Both the position numbers and the translations under genes were made by a program. From Lama guanicoe (lineage: Eukaryota), in assembly GCA_013239625.1 (NCBI GenBank), contig MU053810.1, positions 2,367,518-2,431,517 of the forward strand: 64,000 bases of DNA, written 5' to 3'. A model generated the notes under the pieces. The model did no database searches, was not told the DNA's origin, and worked only from the letters and a program-made list of their open reading frames with translations. Shown here in pieces: positions 24,830-34,995 of this stretch; the first letter of the stretch is position 1; every line of letters starts with the position of its first letter.

Positions 24830-26760
24830 TCCGCCGGAAGTCAAGCAACTCGAGGTGGCAGGAGGCGCACGATGTAAGTACCCCGAGCCCCCTGTTCCCG
24901 TACAGCTTCGACTACATTGTGGGAAAGGTGGACTCTGTCCGGGATGACTGTAGGGATGACGAGGTGCTCCTAAAGACCATTTGTATAACCGCATGCAGAT
25001 TTCACAGACAGAGCTCCAGCCCTCAGCGGCTCAGGATAGCGCCAGGGTCTCTCGCCCAGGCCGTTCAACTCCATCCACGCCCGGGAAGGGCAGGGGAGCG
25101 GGGCCGCAGGGGCCGGGCTGAAGCCGCTTCCGCTGGAATTCCCCAGCCGGGTGGATTAGCCCCCTGTGGGTCCGGCTCGCTGCGCTCAGCCCAGGCTCTC
25201 CGGCGGGGATTATTCTTAGCAATGCGGCAGCGGCCGCCCCATGACATATTAATTACTATTTGCCTCTCCACCTCGCCGCCGTCATGGGAGGTGCTGGGGC
25301 GGGTGTGAGGCAGGGACGCGGGCGGAACCTTGGCGTGGGGGTGCGGGACAGTGAGGGGCAGGAGGGGGCACGGCTGACAGAACCGCCCCTGGGGGCCCAG
25401 CCCCGGCTCTCCGGGCCGCGCGCCGCGCTCAGCCTGGCGCCCTCCGCAGCCGTTCTGCCGCTGGCGGCGCAGCCCCGCACCCCCGCCGCCCGCACCCCGA
25501 CGAAAGCGCTTCCCGGTTCCAACAACACGGTCGCCAAGCGTGCTCTCCGACACTCCTGCGGGCGTCTTCCTTCTCCTGCCCTCACCCGGTGCCAATACAC
25601 ATACACACGCGGGCGCACAGACCCACTCTTCTTCCACCCCAGACGCCAAAACTTCTCCGAGCAGGTGCAGCCCAGCGCCCGCAGGTCCGGGCTGGCCCGG
25701 CGCCCCCTCGCTCACCTTATCCAGACAGTTGACTTTCTCCGTGGGATACACGACTTTTCCGCAGCGGGCGCACTGGGGGTTCATTGTCGCGGTTCCCGGG
25801 GGCGGCGGCTGGGCGGCGGCGGCTGGGGGCTCCAAGGAGCCTCTGTGACATCCCCCGGCGAACCCCGCACCGCCTCCGGGCAGGCTGGAGGGCGGCAAGA
25901 GGCCGGGCGCCGGGGTCTGGAGTCGGCGCGGGGCCCGGGGCGAGCGGATGGCGGGGCGCGTTGGGAGGCGGCAGAGGCGCGGGTGGGTGCGCAGCGGGGC
26001 CTGGCGCCGGGGGGCGGCCGCGCTCTCGGGCTCCGGCTCGGGCTCCGCGCCGCTCGCTCTGCGTCGCTCGCACTCCAGGTACCGGTGACTCACACAGACA
26101 CTCGCTCCCGCCCCTCGCGCTCTCTCGCTTCCCCGCCTCGCCGCCGCCGCGCAGGCCAAACCCACCGGCGCGCCCGGACCGGAGTGGCAGGGAACGAGCA
26201 CGTCGGGCCCCCGGGGAGGGCGGGCGAGGCGGGGGAAGGGGAAGGGGGAGGGCAGAGACCCGGAAAGCTCCTCAGACAGCGCGGGCTGCGACCGGGAGGC
26301 CTGGAGCGAGCCTCGGCCGCTGCCGCAGCGGTGGCGACCACGGGGGCGGCGGCGGCGGGGACGGGGAGCGCTGTGGGCGGAAGACTCAAACCTGCGCAGT
26401 CCCCGTCTCCCTCCTCCCCTCTCTCCTGCCCCCGCCGACTGCACCCCCGCTCCCAGGCTGACTGATGCACCTGGTACCCAAAGGTCACGGGGAGCCTGGC
26501 GCGGGGAGCGGCGGGCCCAAGCCCCACGCAGCGCCCAGTTCCCGGGCGGAGGCTGGTCCGGGCGCGCGCAGCTACGCGCTCGGGCCCGGGAGTCGGAGGA
26601 CTCGCGGGAAACCCGGAGACTCAAGTGCCTGCGGCGCCCGGGGCCGTGCGGCGCCCCCTCCCACTCGCCTCCTCGGAGAGAAAGCTTCCCCCGGGTGCCT
26701 GAGCGAGGTCCTCGGACCCTGGATGGGAAGAGACTTCTCTCACTGCCCCCCACCCCTCAC
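24830..26760. promoter_or_regulatory. CpG island: promoter and 5'UTR of LASP2/NEBL
   Basis: Very high GC and CpG density, GC boxes and GGC runs around coding exon 1. The TSS cannot be determined from sequence. Confidence 0.9.
25716..25784 (-). CDS. NEBL: LIM-nebulette (LASP2, NEBL short isoform) coding exon 1
   Basis: Encodes [23 protein letters not shown] (23 codons) from the ATG at 25784 (context GCGACA-ATG), followed by the donor AAG|GTGAG. Q4 and V11 distinguish it from LASP1 (MNPNCARCGKIV). Confidence 0.97.
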
Positions 26761-27099
26761 CCCTGCACTTTTTATATCCATTCTTGGAGAACGATTGGTT
26801 ACTTTAGGCCCAAATTAGCCTTTCTTGATTAATAAATGGTCATCGTTCATTTTGGTGTGGGGGGGTGTGTGGGGGGGTGTGTATACACACTGTTTTTTTT
26901 TTAATTAAGCACCATAGGGTCTACGAAAAGTTCTTTGCCTACATTAAGGGAAGCGATTACAAACTCCTAACCAAAGGGGCCAAAAAAACCAAGCTGAAGT
27001 CTGAGGGTAGGATGGAACCAAATAAACGGAATAGGAATTGGGTTTTATTTTTAATAAGGTTATTGGACTCGCTTTGTACAAAAGGCAGCAGAATGGAGC

Positions 27100-27320
27100 T
27101 ACACAGCCTGAGTTCAAAGCCCAACCCTGACATTTACTGTCATGTGACTTGATGCAAATACTTAGCGTCTCTATGCCTCAATTTTCCAATCAGCAAAATG
27201 GGGGTAACATAGCGCTACCAGACAGCTCCTGTCCTCCTCATGTGAGTATTATGAGTCAGCAGTTCTGAAGTGTTTCAACCTGCCTGGCTCTTGGTAAGCA
27301 CTACCTAAGTGTCAGCTGGG
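27100..27320 (+). mobile_element. MIR SINE
   Basis: CTGAGTTCAAAGCCC..TGTGACTT..CTCTATGCCTCAATTTTCC..AAAATGGGG. Confidence 0.65.
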
Positions 27321-27719
27321 ATTATCATAGTTATAATGACTATGGTTATAGTTATAACCATGTGAGCAAGCACATTCCTTTGCTAGCACACAGATTAAGA
27401 CTCAGTGATGCCACATAGCAGCTACGGTGACAAATATTTGTCTTTTTTTTTTTTAAATCAGAGTTGCAGCTTTTCATGAAGAAAGAAAGCTATTGATTTC
27501 TGAGCTTCTCAGGCAGGCTGCACTGATGACATCATTCACCGTGACGCTGTGCTGCTTAACTTTTCAAAAGAGATCATTTCTTTAAAAGAGATCATTTCTT
27601 GAACCAGTCTTTGCCCTGCTCACAAGTCTGCCTCAAAAGCAAATAAAACAGTAATTTGCTGTCAGAGAGGATCAGTTGTCATTTAAAAACACCTAAGAGC
27701 TATTAAAAATGCTTAAGAC

Positions 27720-28160
27720 CATGGGTGAAAGTGGAGGATTTTATGCTAAGTGAATAAGCCAAAGGCAAATACTGCATGGTGTCACTTATACGTGGATTCT
27801 TAAAGGAAAAAAAAGTGGAACTTATAGAAAAAATAAAAAGTGGTTGCCTGAGGATGGGCAGTGAAACAGGGAGAGGTTGGTAAATGGATACCAACCTTCA
27901 GTTACAAGATGAATAAGTTCTGAGGATCTAACATATAACGTGGTGACTATGGTTAACACAATATTGTATAATTAAAATTTGCTTAGAGAGTAGAACTTTA
28001 ATGTTCTATCAAAAAAAGGGGGGAGAAAATATGAGAGGTGATGGATGTGTTAACTCCATGGGGCAATTCCTTTCATAATGTATACATACATCAAATCATC
28101 ATGTTTTAACTTTAAATATCTTACAACTGTATTTGTCAATTATACCTCAGTAAAACTGGG
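27720..28160 (+). mobile_element. L1 3' end (L1MA/L1MB type)
   Basis: ATGCTAAGTGAATAAGCC..AAATACTGCATG..TCAGTTACAAGATGAATAAGTTCTGAGGATCTAA..TTGTCAATTATACCTCAGTAAA. Confidence 0.8.
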
Positions 28161-29183
28161 GAAGGAGAAGGACCTACACTGAATATTTATTCTTTCAAAA
28201 AAAAGGAAAGAAAAGAAATTCTTGAGGAAAACAGTATACGATCATCTGAAAGACAGTAATATTTTTAGCATTTAGATTTTCCTATGTGTAGTTCATAAAA
28301 TACAGTTTAAAGATCCTTTTGCCTTTTTTAAATGGTAAGCAAAAAGTTCTGAGGAAGCATGACAGTGATGTGCGACATTTATAGCTGATTTATCAGATCT
28401 TTTAACTATGAATTATATCATTTCTTAGCCAACCAGCACCTACCACAATGCCTGACACATAGTAGGTACTAACAAAATGTTTGTTGAAAGTATGAATAAG
28501 ACAAGTGAACATTAAGATTAGAATTAGCTATGATGTTTTATTCTCTCAAAAGTAAACAGTGAATACTCAAGTTATATTTTCCTCTCATACATGTTTTTCT
28601 TACTATTTTCATTTTCTGCGTGAAATTGGCTTCTAAACTTCTTAGTGCCATTTTACTGATGTAAGAAGAATTTTAATACCATCTTTCTTTAAAGAGCTTC
28701 TTTATTTCAAAATTCAAAGTATTGTAAACCGAGAATTGGCAGAAACCTGTCATCTGGTCCAGCCTTCCTCTTTCAAGCAGATGAATGATTTAATTATCCG
28801 CTAAGGAGAACTTTTGCCCCTTTTGTGTCTTTTTCACTTGACTGGCCAAGAAATCGATCCTTATGGTAACTATACCCCAATATCTCTATTTCAATTAAAG
28901 CCTTTTCTGCTGGCTTGGAAATCCGCAGATATAAAGAAAAACTTACCATCATGACCTTATGGAAAACATTTACATACTTCAAAAGTTTAAATTTTTCTTC
29001 AGTTGAAATTCCCAGATCTGTTTACTTTTACTTCTGGGACCTATTTACATAGAACCTATTGAAGTCTCTGTAATTACCTTTATTGTTTAAGCTACATAAA
29101 TTGAACTCCAAATTAAAATCCTTAAAGAGTAATTAATATTACAAAAGGCCAAATAGTGGTTTTGGCAAACAGTGGATGCAGAG

Positions 29184-29622
29184 TGTAGTGGATTGTATCA
29201 TTGGTTCACAATTTTATGTTCCCTTCCAGCCTGGCAACCCTTTCTGTAGGCAGAGTGTATTTCCCCACTGCAGTGACACTGAGCTGGATCATGTGACTTC
29301 CTCTGGCCAATGGAATTCCAGTAGGCATGACATAGGTCATAGCAGAGCAGAAGCTTTGCGTGGCTTGCCTTTGTTCTACCCCCTCCTTGAGCTTTGGCAC
29401 CTGGCTGTAAGAATAGCATATTCCAGGGGGCTGGCTGCTCCTTTGACTTTTGTCCAGGAATTTGAAGACCTGTCTAGCCAACGATTTCAGTAAGCTTACC
29501 TATGCCCAGCAGAGCCACAGCAAGCCCGCAACACTCACATAATGGGAGTGAGAAATAATTCTTTCTGTGAGCCATTGAAACTTGGCGGGTTGTTTTTACT
29601 GCAGCAAAAGCTGACTGATACA
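29184..29622 (+). mobile_element. Old MaLR solo LTR (MLT1H/I/J type)
   Basis: TG start; CATGTGACTTCCTCTGGCCAATGG; ends GCAGCAAAAGCTGACTGATACA. Confidence 0.7.
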
Positions 29623-30868
29623 CCAATGATGAGAACTAAAGAGAAATTCTTTCTACTTCATTACCAACTAATGGATTTATTTACATACAAGTTTCAGTAT
29701 GGCTTTTTTTTTCCTAAAAGGCATGTTAGAAGTATAGCAGCCAATAAGGCATCATTCTTGTTACTAATTAATAAATGATTCATTGTCCCATTACACAAAG
29801 TTTATTCTGTGCCTTGTATTTGTCAGACATTGTGTAAAATTGTGTACATTTTTCCAGTTGGCTCAAATTCACCACTGAGGCAAGTTTTCCCAGCCAACAA
29901 CTTTGGTAGGTGAAACTAAAAGAAAATGGTAAATTTGAGCTCACAATTTCATTTGCCAGCTATGTAGAAGCCTTAGCCTCGTGAAGTATTTCTCTGAAGA
30001 TTGTAAGCACTTCAGAGAAATTATCTCATTTACTGTTATAGTACCACTGCCAGTCAATGAGGACATGTAAAATAAAAACATTAAGGGAAATTCAAGATTC
30101 AGAAGCTGTTATAGAAACAATTACTTTCATCCATCCATTCAAAATATAATTATTGGTAGGCAAAATGTTAGGTACAAGAAGAGACAATGGAGAATAAGGC
30201 ATTTATAATAAAATCTAGCAAGACAGGTAAGCAAGCAATGAATTACAATATAGTGTGATAAATGCTCTAAACTGAAACTCTGCCTCAGACACCATGGAAG
30301 AAAGAGGAAGAACTTCTAACTCAGCTGGGAAGTCACAAAAATGCTACCTAGAGGCAGTGGTCACTACACTTCCTACCAGGAATGAGCTGGTGCCATTTGC
30401 CCAAGAATAGCACCGCTAAAGTGAGGGGGCTAGGGTAGTTAGCCCATTTGTTCCTGTTTTAGGGATGGAATTATTATGCTTTTACACACGTGCTGAAATT
30501 TTACTTATATGACTTTCACATCCCCTCCCAACGTAGCATAGCAACAAACTTCAGATAATAATTTCTCTTTTTTCCAGTATTATTGAGATATAACTGACAT
30601 GCACATAACACCACATATTGACCTGACTTACATATATTGTGAAATGATTTCTCCATAGAAATACTTCTTGACAGATACACATCTCATCAAAATAAGATCC
30701 ACCACATCTCTAATTTGCCAAAAACATTTGTAGATATCAAGTCATCATAAGTTTGACCCAAATATTTTAGGATTTGGAAAGAGGGAGAAGAAAGGCAGGA
30801 GGAGCAGCAACACCTTGTTCAGGTCCTCACGAAACTGAGCCCCTCAATGAAGGACAAGACAGACCTTC

Positions 30869-31345
30869 TGTGGTAGGCAAGGCAATGGCCCCTCAAAGAC
30901 GATGTCCACATCCTAATACCCAGAACCTGTGAACGTGTCACTTTCCATGGCAAAAGGGATTTTGCAGATGTGATTGAGTTAAGGATTTTAAGATGGAAAG
31001 ATAATCCTAGATTATGCCAGTGGACCAATGTGATTACAAGCATCTTAATAAGAGGGAGGCAGGAGGATCAGAGTCAGAAAACAAGATGTGACAAAGGAAG
31101 CAGAGGTCAGAGAGAGATTTGAAGATGGGGGAAGGGGCCACAAGGCAAAGAATGTAGGCAGCCTCTGGAAGCTGGAAAAGGCAAGGTAGCAGATTCTTCT
31201 CCCTGGAACACAGCCCAGAAAGGACACAGCCCTGTCAACATCTTGATTTTAGGACTTCTGACTTTCAGAACTGTAAGATAATAAATGTGTGTTATGTTTA
31301 GCCAATAAGTTTACGTTGTTACAGCAGCAATAAGAAACTAATACA
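30869..31345 (+). mobile_element. MaLR solo LTR (MLT1D/E type)
   Basis: TGTGGTAGGC..GATGTCCACATCCTAAT..GGCAAAAGGGATTTTGCAGATGTGATT..AACTAATACA; 5-bp TSD CCTTC/CCCTC. Confidence 0.85.
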
Positions 31346-32034
31346 CCCTCTATGTGTGAATTCTGTTCTGTCTCTAGGAGCACAGTGAGTGCCAGGACTG
31401 CTAAAAGCAGCAGCTGGAAGTCAAGTTGGCTAAAGTTCTTCATCACTGTTGTCTCCAACAGAGAGATCCTAAAGCAAAGTGGTTAAAACACAGCACACAT
31501 TCATTCTCTCGCCTCCATCCTAAAGGACTTATTTCACTGGCAGTCTTCAGATAATTGCCTCACTCCTCCATTTAATTCTTCACATGTAGATACAAATATT
31601 CTGGGTGGCTCAAAAAGTCAGCATACTTCTCTCCATCTCCCTCTCTTCCTCTTTAGAGTAACTCAGTGAGTAATATCTGTATCTTCCCAACCAGAACCCT
31701 AAAAATCAACCCAGACTCCTCCCTCTCTTCCTAACCAACTCTGTCCAGTTACCCAATCCTGTCAACTTTATCTCCAGAAGAGTTTATGGATCTGTCTCCA
31801 TAACCGTTGCCACTGCCTGAGCTTAGCAATTTATCGTGTCCACCTTGGATTGTTCCATAACAGCCCTCTAAGAAGTCTTATTATCATAAAAGATGAAGAA
31901 GGACTCCAGAATTGTGGGAAAGTAGATTTCTATTGTTTAAGCCACCCGCTGTATGGTATTTTGTTACAGCAGTCTGACATAACTAATAACTACCTCAACA
32001 CGACTTACGGTCAATTAAGAACTACCCCAAGTTC

Positions 32035-32356
32035 TCGGGGTGGGGAGAGGGCCAAATGGGGGATGGCGGTCAAAAGGTATAAACTTCCAGTTATAAAACA
32101 AATAAGGCCTGAGGGTGTAATGCACAGCATGGTGACTGCAGTTAATAATGCTGTATTGCATATTTAAAAGTTGCTGAGAGAGTAGATCTTAAAAGTGCTC
32201 CTCAAATAAAATTTATAACTGTGCACGGTGACAGACGCTAACTAGTCTCATCGTGATGATCATTTCACAATATATACAAATGTCAAATCATTATGTTGTA
32301 TGCCTGAAATGCATATAATATTATATACCAATTATAATTCAATAAAAAATAAAAAG
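32035..32356 (+). mobile_element. L1 3' end
   Basis: GGTCAAAAGGTATAAACTTCCAGTTATAA..GTAATGCACAGCATGGTGACT..TCAATAAAAAATAAAAA. Confidence 0.8.
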
Positions 32357-32482
32357 GTTGCTGTCTGCCACTAAAAAATTAACATACTAAATAAATTAAT
32401 TATGAATTAGATCAAGACAAATGTTCTTCTTGCTCAGTTAAAAAAATAGTGCTAGAAAAAAAGATTTTTTTAAAAATTCCTT

Positions 32483-32952
32483 TGTCAACTGAAGAAAAAA
32501 ATGTACAATGAGAGAGTTGTGAGTTACGTTTTATTTGGGGCAAAATGAGGACTAAAGTCTGGGAAACAGCCTATCAGAAAGCTCTGAGGAACTGCTCCAA
32601 GAGGTCGGGAAGTTCAGCACTAATCATGGTCTTAGTGAAGGTGGTACGTGCCGTCAAGCACATATTTTGGCAGAGGCTTGGTGCTAGTCATGAAGAGCAG
32701 GTGTCATCCTCAATAATTTCAGTGCTTTTCTAGTTATGAGAAGATGCCAGGATCTGGACTGAAAACAATCTTCCCCTGAAAATATCCAACTATCCAAAGG
32801 CCTGTTCTGCCAGTTTTTCCCAGAGCACAGAGAGCCTTGTTCCTGACCCCCACCCTGAGCTCCTTTCAGGGTGTGTTGAAGGTCAGCGACTGCAGAGGCT
32901 GGTGACCACATCCTTGTAGAGGCAGCTGGCAAGTGACAATTTTTATTTGACA
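32483..32952 (-). mobile_element. ERV1-class solo LTR (470 bp)
   Basis: Inverted termini TGTCAA...TTGACA, a perfect 4-bp TSD CCTT (32479-82, 32953-56), and AATAAA on the minus strand at ~32530. Confidence 0.85.
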
Positions 32953-33560
32953 CCTTATAGTAAGTTCTTATACTTTTTACACCAAAGCCCTGACTCGCTA
33001 ATTAGCACCAATTCTGAACTTCATAGGAAAGTAGATTTCTAACCTGCTTGGCAAGAATTGCAATTATGTTCAGTGACAAATTAAGGGATCATCCCCTTCT
33101 TAACACGTAAGCAAATAAAATTTAATAAGTTTAAAGAGTAATATCAAATTATACAGTTTAGGAGCAGTTGATGAAAGATTGTTTTAAGAATTTAAAAAGA
33201 CTAGGGTTAGAGTAGCTTGGTGACAATTCTGTGTGGACCTAACAGAAAGTGGGAGCAGAAAGGGGCTGGAAAGTATCAAAAACTCAAAGCTATTTTAGGG
33301 GAGACAGGAGACCCTAACTCTACAACTTCTGCAAAATAAAGGTGGTGTTTCCTTTAGACTCTGGTTACATGAAAAAGAGAGCCACTCAAATATTCTCGAT
33401 GAGAGGAAACTCATAGTGACAGTGACATATGCAGAAACCCAGGAAAAGTTAAACAGCCCAGCTTCAAAATGAAGGAATCTTTGTAAAGCCACCAGGAAAA
33501 AAAAAAAAAAACCAGATCTATAATAGAATTGATTCAATGAGCTTCACTTTAGTGATCTGT

Positions 33561-33920
33561 TGCTATGGTCTGAATATTTTTGTCCTCCCAAAGTTCATAT
33601 GTTGAAATCCTAACCCCCAATGAGATGATATTAGGAGGTGGGTTTTAGTCGATGATTAGATCATGATGTGAGGCCTTAATGAATGGGGTTAGTGCCCTTA
33701 TAAGAGACCCCAGAGAGCTCCCTCACTCCTCTTACCACATAAGGACACAGCAAGATGGTGCCATATTGAACTATAAAGAGGGCCTTTACCAGACACCAAA
33801 TCCACCAGTACCCTGATTGTGGACTTCCCAGCCTCCAGAATATGTGTGAAATAAATTTCTTTCATTTATAAGCTATCCTGTCTGTGGTATTTCTTATAGC
33901 AGCTTAATCGAACTAAGACA
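33561..33920 (+). mobile_element. MLT1A-type MaLR solo LTR
   Basis: TGCTATGGTCTGAAT..CATATGTTGAAATCCTAACCCCCAATG..AACTAAGACA; TSD TCTGT/CCTGT. Confidence 0.85.
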
Positions 33921-34663
33921 CCTGTCATTAGGATAATTCAGCTGATCTCCACATGTCTGCTTCTCTCCATCACTACCAACTTGCTTGCTCTCACCCTCAT
34001 CTGTCTATCTCACATGCTTCTCCACAGATAGGTTTTCCTGCTCACAGATCCCACTTACTCATACTCTCCTCCTGATCAGTTTGGTTGCCCATGGCCACCC
34101 GTGGCCCCGACTGCATCTCTTAGCATATTTTCCTCTGTATCTCCTACAAATAACAGCCTTATTCCTTTCCTATTTCCAGATCAGGAAGCCATGCTGATGG
34201 ACTCAGCTCATGTCTTCACATCTCTGGTCCACCTCTTGGTTTACCCAGTCAGGTCTAAGCAGTTCTGGAGGAAGTGGGGAGGGGAATGTTGACAAGGTAA
34301 CGTCGGCACAGGGACCCGGTAGGCATCTGATGACCTGACACAGCAGAGTATTAAGGGAAGAACAAAAATGAGGGAACAGCTCGGTTCATTTTTCAAAATC
34401 TGGATATCATTATAGACCAAAATCTAACCGCGAATAAGATGTGGCTATAGGGACTTTTTTTTTCCCCTTTAAAATTAAATTTAAAGCAAATGAGCAGAAG
34501 TATATATATATATACATTCTTGTGTTTAAGACATACTACTCCCATTCCTAGGGAGCAAGATGTGAATAAGAACAAAGAAGTCATAATGGCCTCAAAAGAA
34601 AGCTCTGAGCCTTTAGCATTTGGAAAATGGCAGGTTCTGAGCAACCATTTAAAGCCCTGTCCA

Positions 34664-34995
34664 TGTGCTGTCCAAGAGAAACAGAGCCAGAGCCACAAAT
34701 GAGAGCCACATGTGCAACTTCAAATTTCCTAGTACCTACATTTTAAAAAGTAATAAATTATGAACAAGTGGAAGATATTTTAGTAATATATTTTATTTAA
34801 CCTAATTTATCCAAAATATTATTACTTCAACATGTGATCAGTATTTTTTTTTTATTAATGTCAGAGTTTACATTCTTCCTTTTCATACCAGGACCTCGAA
34901 ATCCAGTGTGTGTTTTACCCTTACAGCACCTCTCACTGCGGACCAGTCACGTTTCACGTGCTTAATAGGCACTGGTGGCTGCTGGGAGAGCATGG
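34664..34995 (+). mobile_element. MER33/MER3 hAT-Charlie element
   Basis: GTGCTGTCCAA..GAGCCACATGTGCAACTTCAAATTTCCTAGT..TTTTATTTAACCTAATTTATCCAAAATATT. Confidence 0.7.

Noticed and set aside
24345..25784. LASP1 or a processed LASP pseudogene
   Set aside because: Diagnostic residues (PQC, KVV, YWHKG, EVC, MAL, MNN) match LASP2/NEBL, and a canonical GT-AG intron is present.
27566..27600. 17-bp tandem duplication AAAAGAGATCATTTCTT
   Set aside because: Only two copies; ordinary slippage, not an array.
29988..30021. 12-bp inverted repeat ATTTCTCTGAAG/CTTCAGAGAAAT
   Set aside because: An isolated short hairpin, too small for a pre-miRNA and without other support.
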